A stretch of DNA of 25,089 nt from Gemmatimonadota bacterium (GTDB lineage Bacteria > Gemmatimonadota > Gemmatimonadetes > Longimicrobiales > RSA9): assembly GCA_040905425.1 (NCBI GenBank), contig JBBDRO010000057.1:7011-32099 (forward strand), read 5' to 3'. The notes beneath the pieces were generated by a model. The model saw only the letters and a list, made by a program, of their open reading frames with translations, did no database searches and had not been told where the DNA came from. A program made the translations under genes and the position numbers. Of the stretch, positions 15,293 through 23,097 are shown piece by piece (the stretch's first letter is position 1; every line of letters begins with the position of its first letter).

Positions 15293-18123
15293 CGGAAGCT
15301 CACCTCCACGCCCAGCCGGAGCTGGCGCTCCTCGCCGAAGAAGATGGAGGGATCCAGCCTGTCCAGGACGGCGGCCAGCCGGCCCTGCCGGAGTTCCTCC
15401 AGGGAGACCATGCCGTCCCCGTCCAGGTCCACCCGCGACGAGTAGAGTGGCGACTCGCGGGGAATCGGTTCCCCGGACAGCGGTACGCTCGTCTCGAGGG
15501 CGCGAATGGTGGCGGCCGAGGGTGCCAGGTGGCCGCTGTCCCGCCGGAGCGCCTGGATGTTGTCCGCGCCGAGCAGGTTGCGCACATCCGCCGAGACCCG
15601 CCACGCGCACCCGCCGCACCCGGGCAGCGAGCCCAGCTCCCGGCTGGCGCGCAGGTCGAACACCGCCGTCCACGGCAGGTACGAATCACCAACGGCCACC
15701 TCCTCCCGGGCCGCGGCCAGCCGGTCGAGCGGGTAGCCGCTCTGCACGCTGCCGGTGAGCGCGGCGGCCCACGGCTGGTCGCCACCCGCCGCCGCGCCGG
15801 CGAAGAGCGCCAGGTCCACGGCGTGGCGGCGGTCGAAGGCCAGCGGATAGGTCACACGGTCATCGGGGTCGATGAGGCTGTCGGTCTCCGTGCCCGACCC
15901 CACACCCGTAGCCTTCTGCAGGGCGTAGCCGGCGCGCGCCGTGAGACCCGGCCAGCGGGCGCGCAGGGAGAACTCCGCGCCGCGCACGGTGCCGTAGTCG
16001 CCCGTGACGAAGGTGGCTTCCGGACTGCCGGCCAGCGCGAAGCTGCCCGACACCAGGTTCTCCAGCGTCTTGTTGAACACGGTGATGCCCAGACTCATGT
16101 TTGGGCTCAGCAGATAGCCGGCGCCCACCTCGTAGGCGTTGCCCCGCTCGAAGGAGAGGGCGGGATTGCCCTGCCGGCGCACGTCGGTGCGCAGCGAGTC
16201 CCCGATGCTGGTGTCCAGGAAGTAGCGGAAGTCGGGCGGCTGCGCCACGCGGCCGAAATTGAAGCGCAGCGTGGCACGCTCCTCGGTGCCCGGCACGGGC
16301 AGCGCCACACCCACGCGCGGCATCAGGTTGATCTGCCACTCGGTGTCGATGACGGGGGAGAGGAAGTCCGTGCGATCCTCGGCGAACCCCAGCCCGGAGC
16401 GGAACGCCTCGGCGCGCAGCCCGAGCAGGATCGTGAAGTGGTCCTCCGTGAGCAGGCTGCCTTCCAGGAAGCCGCTCACCGTGGCCGGGAAGAAGCGCGC
16501 GTAGCTGGGTGAGGAACCGCCCAGATGCGCCTGCACCCGTTCGTAGCTCTCCACCCGGTAGAACTTGCCGGCGCCGCCCGCACGGAGCGCGCTGCCACCC
16601 TGATCGAGCACCTCCGCCAGCAGGTCCAGGCCCGCCATTTCGGTGCGCGTCCAGTTGGCGATGTGCGGCGTGCCCGTGGTGAAGAAGAGCCCCTCGGCGG
16701 CGCCACCGAAGGGCGTCCCCGGACCCGTGGCGGGCGCATCGTACCCGGGCACGGCGGTGGCCGCGGCCAGCTGTTCCTCGATCGGCCGGTGCACGAACGC
16801 CTCACCATGGAAGCGGAACGGCTGCACGCCGAAGCCAGCCACCCGCGTGCGTTCGGTGAACGTCCAGGGATCCAGCGCGCCCAGGTGGCGCTCCAGGCGC
16901 ATGAGGCCCAGCCGCGCCGCCAGGTGCAGCGCGCGCTCGGTGCCGGGCCGGGTCACGTCCAGCTGGAGCGTGCCCAGCGTGCCGGTGAAGCGCTGCCCGA
17001 GCTGACCGGTGGCGTTGTACTTGAACTCGGGCGTGTAGAGCTCGCGCTGGTTGCGGTTCCTGAGCAGCGACACGGTGAGCCCGGCGCGCTCAGCCAGCGG
17101 CCGATCCAGCCGGCCGAACGCAATGAGCTTGTCCCCCCGCTGGTGCGGCAGATCGGCGCTGGTCCACGGGCAGCGCAGCCGCGCGTCCACGGACCGGATG
17201 AGCGCCGCCACCTCGTCCGAGGCGTCGCCGGGCTCCAGACAGGTGAGGCCGCGCGCGCGCGGCTCGGCGTCCGCCATGCCCTGTAGCAGCAGGTCGGTGA
17301 ACAGCGTGGTGCCCTCCCCCAGGAAGGCCAGCGGTCCGCCCGCCGAGAGGGACGCGCCCGTGAAGCCGCTGGACGCCGCGGCCGGCGCCCAGCTGTCACT
17401 CAGCAGGCTGGCCCGCCCCTCCCACGCCTCGGTGGAGCCACGCCGGGTCACCAGGCTGACCACGCCCGAAAGCGCGGAGCCGTGCGCGGCCCCGAAGCCA
17501 CCCGTCACCACCTCCACCTCGTGCAGCGAGGAGGGACTGAGCTCCAGGCCGAAGCCCTGCGTGGCGGCCTCGAACTGGTTTTTCAGCTCGATGCCGTCCA
17601 CCACGTAGACCTCCTGGCCGCTACGCCCGCCGCGGAAGTGCCCGTCGGAGACGCCGGGGGCCAGCTCGATGGCGTCGGCGATCCGATCCATGGGCAGGGC
17701 GCGCAGCTCGCGGCCGCTCACCACCTCGTGCGTGGTGCTGACGTCGGGTTCGATGAGGCGGATGCGCTCGGCCGTGACCACCACGTTGCCGATGTCCACC
17801 GGCACGCGCTCCAGCGCCACGGCCACCTCGGCGGTGCGCCCGGCACGCACCGGCACGCGTTCCAGGATGACGGGGCGGAAGCCGATCAGCTCCACCCGCA
17901 CACTGCGCTCGCCCGCGGGCACCGCCACGAAGAGGAAGCGGCCCTCCGCGTTCGTGACCATGCGGAGCGGCAGATCCACGATGCGGACGTCCGCACCCGC
18001 CACCGGCAGCCCCGTATCCCGCTCGGTGACCCGCCCCACCAGCGCACCGGTGCTCTGGGCCGCCGCCATGGCGGGCGCGGTGAGGAGGAAGAAGAGCAGC
18101 ACGGACGCGCGGCCTGCACGCAT
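15289..18123 (-). CDS. TonB-dependent receptor with N-terminal carboxypeptidase-regulatory-like domain (Oar-like)
   Basis: Signal peptide (..AMAAAQ), TNAEGRFLF.VPAG, plug RGGRSGQEVYVVDG and VEVVTGGFGAAHGSALSGVVSLVTR, GNPALSFE, and C-terminal RQLRLGVEVSF. ATG 18123 has GGAG upstream; GTG 18129 is an alternative start. Confidence 0.92.
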   Translation of the reverse strand: MRAGRASVLLFFLLTAPAMAAAQSTGALVGRVTERDTGLPVAGADVRIVDLPLRMVTNAEGRFLFVAVPAGERSVRVELIGFRPVILERVPVRAGRTAEVAVALERVPVDIGNVVVTAERIRLIEPDVSTTHEVVSGRELRALPMDRIADAIELAPGVSDGHFRGGRSGQEVYVVDGIELKNQFEAATQGFGLELSPSSLHEVEVVTGGFGAAHGSALSGVVSLVTRRGSTEAWEGRASLLSDSWAPAAASSGFTGASLSAGGPLAFLGEGTTLFTDLLLQGMADAEPRARGLTCLEPGDASDEVAALIRSVDARLRCPWTSADLPHQRGDKLIAFGRLDRPLAERAGLTVSLLRNRNQRELYTPEFKYNATGQLGQRFTGTLGTLQLDVTRPGTERALHLAARLGLMRLERHLGALDPWTFTERTRVAGFGVQPFRFHGEAFVHRPIEEQLAAATAVPGYDAPATGPGTPFGGAAEGLFFTTGTPHIANWTRTEMAGLDLLAEVLDQGGSALRAGGAGKFYRVESYERVQAHLGGSSPSYARFFPATVSGFLEGSLLTEDHFTILLGLRAEAFRSGLGFAEDRTDFLSPVIDTEWQINLMPRVGVALPVPGTEERATLRFNFGRVAQPPDFRYFLDTSIGDSLRTDVRRQGNPALSFERGNAYEVGAGYLLSPNMSLGITVFNKTLENLVSGSFALAGSPEATFVTGDYGTVRGAEFSLRARWPGLTARAGYALQKATGVGSGTETDSLIDPDDRVTYPLAFDRRHAVDLALFAGAAAGGDQPWAAALTGSVQSGYPLDRLAAAREEVAVGDSYLPWTAVFDLRASRELGSLPGCGGCAWRVSADVRNLLGADNIQALRRDSGHLAPSAATIRALETSVPLSGEPIPRESPLYSSRVDLDGDGMVSLEELRQGRLAAVLDRLDPSIFFGEERQLRLGVEVSFR

Positions 18124-18298
18124 GGTCACTCCGGTTCCGGGTTGGCGCGGCGGGCCCGGGAGGCCGGTCGCGACGGCGGCGGCGGCCCGCCCCTATCTGA
18201 ACGCCTGCCGCACGCGCCCCGTGACGATAGCGCGAAGCGGCTGCGCGGGCTATCGCGGCCTGACGGGCCCACCCGCGAGGCCGCGCACCCCGGGCGGC

Positions 18299-19579
18299 CT
18301 AGCGCGCGCTCCCCCGTGAGCCGCTCGCCGCCGGGAAGGCCACGGTGGCCTGGAGGTAGGCAAAGTGCCAGGTCTCCCCGTCACCGCCGAGCCCGGCGAG
18401 CGGTGCGGCCGCGCCGTTGCGGAAGGCGCTGTAGCCGAGCAGCAGGGCGTGCGTGGGCCCCAGGGGGACCGGCAATGTGAGATCCAGCTCCCAGCCGAGC
18501 GCGCGCGCCTCCGCGCTGCTCTGCTCGGCCGCCGTCCAGAAGCGGTGCACGTCCACCTGCAGGGTATGGTCACCCACCGCGTTCAGGCGGCCGGTAGCCA
18601 CGGCGTCGATCAGGCCCCGGTCCGCGGTGCGCCCGGCGGGATCCAGGAACAGGTCCAGGTAGCCGTACCACTTGTGGTTCGTGGCGTAGAGCGTGTTGAA
18701 CGCCCCGTAGTTCCCATCCAGCGGATCCTCGTCACCGGACAGGTAATCCACGCCGGCGGACAGCCCCGTCAGCGCGCCCGCGGCGGCATCCCAGCTCAGG
18801 CGTCCGCCCGCGAACCAGGCGCCGATGTCCTGGTCCAGCGCCACGCCCTGGACCTGGTTGCCGGCCTGATAGGCGCCCTCCAGCCAGGCGTCGAACGCGC
18901 CGCCGAGCGCCACGTCCGCGCGGGCGCCCAGCGTGGTGCGGTCCACGCCGGTGAAGGACCTGTAGGTGGCGGCGCGGTCGTGCAGCAGCCACGCCTCGAG
19001 CGGTCCGCCGCCCACGGTGAGGCCGGCGAAGAGGTGGTCATCATCCTCCGCGCCTGCGCTGAAGCGCTCGCCCCGCTCCGCCACGGTGGCGGCGAAGACA
19101 CTGAAGCAACGTCCTCCGTCCGGCGCGGCCACGTCCAGCCGCGCGCCGTCGAAGGAGCGGCCGGTGTTGGACCAGCCCACGGCGCCCACCAGCCGCTCAT
19201 TGCCCAGGATCATCTCCTGGCGCCCGGCACGCAGCGTCAGCTGGCGGCCCAGCGCCGGCTGGACCAGTTCCAGATAGCCCTGGTGCAGGTCCAGCAGCTC
19301 GGCCGAGGCGTCGAAGGTGCTGCTCTCCTCACCGAAGACGCGGCTGTCCTGGAACTGGATCAGGGCGCGCGCGCCCTCGGCCAGCGCGGCCTGCACGCCC
19401 AGGCGCGTACGCAGGAGCGTGAACTGATCGAAGCTGCCGGTGGTGATCGGCCGCTCCAGCTCGTGCCGCACCCGCACCTCACCGCCGAAGCGAACACCGC
19501 TCTCCTGTGCCTGCAGCGCTACCGGCGGAGACGCGATGGTAAGGAGAGCACAGGCGAGCCAGGCGTTGCGCAGGGACAT
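18299..19579 (-). CDS. Alginate export (AlgE-like) family outer-membrane beta-barrel protein
   Basis: Signal peptide, FGGEVRVRHE, LRTRLG, FQDSRVFG, LDLHQGYL, GRQEMILGNERLVGAVGWSNTGRSFDG, DYLSGD, FNTLYATNHKWYGYLD and LGWELDL. Confidence 0.85.
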   Translation of the reverse strand: MSLRNAWLACALLTIASPPVALQAQESGVRFGGEVRVRHELERPITTGSFDQFTLLRTRLGVQAALAEGARALIQFQDSRVFGEESSTFDASAELLDLHQGYLELVQPALGRQLTLRAGRQEMILGNERLVGAVGWSNTGRSFDGARLDVAAPDGGRCFSVFAATVAERGERFSAGAEDDDHLFAGLTVGGGPLEAWLLHDRAATYRSFTGVDRTTLGARADVALGGAFDAWLEGAYQAGNQVQGVALDQDIGAWFAGGRLSWDAAAGALTGLSAGVDYLSGDEDPLDGNYGAFNTLYATNHKWYGYLDLFLDPAGRTADRGLIDAVATGRLNAVGDHTLQVDVHRFWTAAEQSSAEARALGWELDLTLPVPLGPTHALLLGYSAFRNGAAAPLAGLGGDGETWHFAYLQATVAFPAASGSRGSAR

Positions 19580-19838
19580 GGGGCCTCGTGGTTCTGGATG
19601 GACGTAGCCGGGCTTGCCGACCCGATCGGAGAGGACACTAAGGGCGGCCCCAGGCGGGCGCAGTCGGGAGATGCTTGTGATCGGGCGTGGGGGATCGGCT
19701 GACAGGGGCGCCCATGCCAACGGCGCCCCGGCCGGGTGGCCGGGACGCCGTGCGGCCGGCGCGCAGCGCGGCCGTTCAGGAGGCGGCAGCCGGAGCCCGG
19801 GCCACGGAGACCCCTGGCCGCGACCGCGCAGCCGCCGC

Positions 19839-20039
19839 TCAGGGCGTGGGCGCCGGCGCTCCGGGCTCCACCTTCTCGCGCCCGGGCTCGTAGGGATCGG
19901 GCATCCAGTCGGGCTGCTCGTCCCCCCGCTCGGGTGCCGCTTCCCGGCGCTCCTCGCGCTCGGGGCGGGGCGGCTCCTGGCCGGGGGCGCCGGGCACGGG
20001 GAGGGGCTGATCGGGTCGCGGGCCGGGGACGGTGGCCAT
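19839..20039 (-). CDS. Small Pro/Glu-rich hypothetical protein (66 aa)
   Basis: Very strong SD (AAGGAGGT) before ATG 20039, a TAAGAT -10-like box at 20078-20073, and a position filling the gap between mpg and the porin gene. Confidence 0.6.
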   Translation of the reverse strand: MATVPGPRPDQPLPVPGAPGQEPPRPEREERREAAPERGDEQPDWMPDPYEPGREKVEPGAPAPTP

Positions 20040-20083
20040 AGGGTACCTCCTTCTCGACTGCTACAGGGCTCTATCTTACCTCA

Positions 20084-20734
20084 TCATTCTGGCGCACGGC
20101 GCGTGCCAGCGGCGGGCACCGGCCGGGAGAGCCAGGGGCTGCCGCGCAGGCAGAAGCGGAGCGGCCAGTCCACGGCCCTGGAGATCCCCACGCGGGGGCA
20201 GGCCGCCACGTCACGCTCAGGCACCGGCTCGCCGGCCAGGATGCGGAGCGGCGGCGCGCCCAGTTCGTGACCGTCGAGCGTGCCCGTGATGGCGAACGCC
20301 TGCGTCAGCCGTCCCGGCCCGCGCGCCAGGTCGCGGTCGGCGGGGACGCGGCCGCCGCGGGCACGCCGCGCGCGCATGGCGGCCAGTCCCGCCACCGGCT
20401 CCACGGCCCGGATGAGCACCGCCGCGGGAAACTCCGTCTGGTCGGTCACGGCGTTGAGGCACCAGTGCACACCGTAGATGCAATAGACGTAGGCGCTCCC
20501 GGGCGCGCCGAACATGGCCTGGTTGCGCGGCGTGCGGCCGATGCGCTCTGCGGCGTGGGAAGCCGCGTCGTGCGGGCCCACGTAGGCTTCCGCCTCCACG
20601 ATGCGCCCCAGCGTGTCCGCCCCGTCGAGCCGCGTATGCAGAAACGCGCCGAGGAGGTCACGGGCAACCTCCTCGGCGGGACGGGCGTAGAATGCCCGCG
20701 GTAACGGCGTGCGCCGGGTGGCGCCGGAGCTCAC
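20084..20734 (-). CDS. mpg: DNA-3-methyladenine glycosylase (MPG/AAG family)
   Basis: Contains FYARP..VARDLLG, GRIVEAEAY, D.ASHA, MFGAPGSAYVY.IYGVHWCLN, AVLIRAVEP, GPGRLTQA and PRVGIS. GTGA overlap with the NYN gene stop. Confidence 0.95.
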   Translation of the reverse strand: MSSGATRRTPLPRAFYARPAEEVARDLLGAFLHTRLDGADTLGRIVEAEAYVGPHDAASHAAERIGRTPRNQAMFGAPGSAYVYCIYGVHWCLNAVTDQTEFPAAVLIRAVEPVAGLAAMRARRARGGRVPADRDLARGPGRLTQAFAITGTLDGHELGAPPLRILAGEPVPERDVAACPRVGISRAVDWPLRFCLRGSPWLSRPVPAAGTRRAPE

Positions 20735-22824
20735 GACCCGGCCGGCTCACTTCCGGCACCGCCGTTGCCGGCCCCACCGCGTCCCCGGCCACCGCGCCGG
20801 CCGCCCCGTCGGCTCCGGCCGCTCGAGGGGGCCGCCGCACCGGCCGCGGGGTTGGCCAGCTCTTCCTTCCACGCCTCGATGATGCGGTCCCCGCGGCGGG
20901 GGCCCACCACCTCACGGACGCGCTCCGGCTGCTCCGTGAGCACGCGCGGCGCGTCCTTACCGAAGGCCTCGATGAGGTTCCGCACGGAGACCTCACCCAC
21001 GCCCTTGTGCCGGACCAGGCGCGCCACCAGGGCGTCCGGATCCTGGTCGGGCACGGCACCGAACAGGTCGCGGTCGGGCGCGGCCGCCCGGGTGGCCGGC
21101 ACGACGGCAGCGCCGGCGTCGGACCCGCCCCGCGCGGCCGGCTCGCCAGCTGTGGCAGGGGCTGCCGGCGTCTTGCCGGCCTTCCCCACGGCCTGTCCCG
21201 GCAGGATGGGCGGCGGGCCGTCCGCCGGCGCACCCCGGCTTGCCCCGCGCCGCCGGCCCGCGCCGGCAGGCTTTGCCGCCGTCCCCGGCGCCGCGGCGGC
21301 CGCGGGCTGCGCGGCCGGCTTCGGCTGCGCCTGCTCCGCCGGCTTCTCCGCGGCCTTCGGCTCCGGCTTCTCCGCCGCCTTCACCTCCGGCCGCACAGCC
21401 GGCTTCTCAGCGGGCTTCTCCTCCCGCTTCACCGGCTCCGCCGGCTTCTCCGCCGCCGCCTGGCGCCCACCACGCTCCCCACCGCCCCGGCGACCGCGCG
21501 GAGCCGCCTCCTCCTCCACGTCCTCCACCTGGCCCAGCATCACATCGTAGTTGCCGCTGTCCACCTTGCGCAGGTTGATCACCTCGGCGTCGTGCGCCTG
21601 GCGCAGGAAGCGACTGAACTTGCTGAAGCCGAAGGCGCTCTCGTCCCACCCGGGCTCCAGCTCCAGCATGCGCCGTTTGAGGTCCGAGTCCCGCACCGCG
21701 CCGCCTGGCTCCTCGATGGATTCGAAGGCCGCCTTGCGCAGCAGGTCGTAGGCGCCCTGCAACCCTTCCCGCGACCGGCCGGTCGAGCGCTCGGCGGCCG
21801 GCTGGGCGGAACGCTCATCCCGCGACCGCTCGGCGGCGGGCGGCGCTTCACGCCGCTTCTCCTCCGCGGCGGGCTCGGGGGCCGGCCGGCCGCGCGCCGG
21901 CCGCGCTTCCTCCGCGGCGGGGGGCTGGGCGGCGGCCTGGTCTTCCGCCTTCGCTTCGGCCTTCACGGGCGCCGGCCGCTCCCGCTCACCGCGCCGCGAA
22001 CGTCCACGCCCGCCACGGCTGCCACTCCGGCGTGGCTCGTCTCCCGCGCGCGGCTCGCCGGCCGGCTCCACCTCGAACTGGCCGTTCTCCATCTTGTTGA
22101 GGCGGATGATGCCGCGGCTGGCGGCCTCCTGGACGAAGCGGTTGAACTTGGTGAAGCCGGCGTCCTTCTCGTCGAAGCTGGGATCCAATTCCACCATGAC
22201 CTGCTTCATGCGGTCCGAGCGCATCACGTCATTGTTCTGCTCCATCTGACGGATGGCCAGCTCCACCAACTCCCATGGATCGTGCGCCGTGGCGGCGGCG
22301 TCCTGTTCGCTGGTGCGCGTGAGCCCGGTGAGCGCGGAGTACGAGTAGTACTCGTCACAGTTCTGTACCAGCAGGTCGGAGGCCGACTCCCGGATGCCCA
22401 CGCCGATGACGTACTTGCCGTACTCCTTCAGCTTGAGCACCAGGCTGCTGAAATCGGAGTCTCCCGAGAGCAGGATGATGGTGCCGATCTCGGGGCGGCT
22501 GAAGACCAGCTCGATGGCGTCGATGGCCAACCGGATGTCCGTGGCGTTCTTCTTCGAGCTGCCGTAGGCGGGCGCGAAGATGAGGTCCACGGAGGCCTCG
22601 GAGAGCGGCACGATGTACTGCGGGTAGCGGCGCCAGTCCGCATAGGCGCGCTGCACCGCCACCTTGCCCTTGATGATGTCACTGTTCAGGAGGCTCTTGA
22701 GCTCCTTGGTGAGATCACTGCGGATCCCCATGGTGACATTGTCGAAATCAATGAGGAGCGCCGCGTGCGGAGCGTTGGACGGGAGCTTCCCGGCCTGGGG
22801 AGCCCGATGCATCGGAGTGTTCAT
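20731..22824 (-). CDS. NYN (LabA/DUF88, PIN-like) RNase with two OST-HTH/LOTUS domains, low-complexity linkers and a C-terminal HhH module
   Basis: NYN motifs ALLIDFDNV, RAYADW, KNATDIRLAID and SGDSDFS.LV; LOTUS motifs DPSFDEKDAGFTKFNRFV and EPGWDESAFGFSKFSRFL; C-terminal KGVGEVSVRNLIEAFG. Start at ATG 22824 (alternatives 22857 and 22812). Confidence 0.88.
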   Translation of the reverse strand: MNTPMHRAPQAGKLPSNAPHAALLIDFDNVTMGIRSDLTKELKSLLNSDIIKGKVAVQRAYADWRRYPQYIVPLSEASVDLIFAPAYGSSKKNATDIRLAIDAIELVFSRPEIGTIILLSGDSDFSSLVLKLKEYGKYVIGVGIRESASDLLVQNCDEYYSYSALTGLTRTSEQDAAATAHDPWELVELAIRQMEQNNDVMRSDRMKQVMVELDPSFDEKDAGFTKFNRFVQEAASRGIIRLNKMENGQFEVEPAGEPRAGDEPRRSGSRGGRGRSRRGERERPAPVKAEAKAEDQAAAQPPAAEEARPARGRPAPEPAAEEKRREAPPAAERSRDERSAQPAAERSTGRSREGLQGAYDLLRKAAFESIEEPGGAVRDSDLKRRMLELEPGWDESAFGFSKFSRFLRQAHDAEVINLRKVDSGNYDVMLGQVEDVEEEAAPRGRRGGGERGGRQAAAEKPAEPVKREEKPAEKPAVRPEVKAAEKPEPKAAEKPAEQAQPKPAAQPAAAAAPGTAAKPAGAGRRRGASRGAPADGPPPILPGQAVGKAGKTPAAPATAGEPAARGGSDAGAAVVPATRAAAPDRDLFGAVPDQDPDALVARLVRHKGVGEVSVRNLIEAFGKDAPRVLTEQPERVREVVGPRRGDRIIEAWKEELANPAAGAAAPSSGRSRRGGRRGGRGRGGAGNGGAGSEPAGS
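21339..21450 (-). repeat. Intragenic coding repeats (AEKP-like units)
   Basis: CCGGCTTCTC (+ strand) occurs at 21339, 21363, 21399 and 21441, with a variant at 21411. These encode EKP units in the NYN linker. Confidence 0.7.
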
Positions 22825-23097
22825 GTCTCGCGTTTCCTGTGGTGTGCCGCGCGGCATCGTTGCCGGCGGCCGGCGCGAGGCCCCTTCCCTTCCTCGCGGC
22901 CGGCGGATGCGTCGGGGGGCGCCGCGATCCTGCCGCGGTGTGCCCCCGACGCCCTCCCGCGGGTCGCGGAACGGGCGAAGGAGCTTCGCAATCTGTTCTC
23001 GTGTGATCCGGGCGGCGCACGCCGCGCGGAAGCGACGAGGGCTGAGAGCGCACCGTGCGTTCCGCGCCGTCGTCGCTTTGCTACGTTTCCGGCGGCG

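Noticed and set aside
19580..19838. Possible riboswitch (e.g. Moco or cobalamin) ahead of the porin/TBDT genes
   Set aside because: I could not identify the conserved core motifs by eye. An Infernal/Rfam scan is needed.
21290..21460. Repeated CCGGCTTCTC units as a possible CRISPR or other DNA-level array
   Set aside because: The units are short, irregularly spaced and in frame, encoding an AEKP-rich linker. No cas genes are present.
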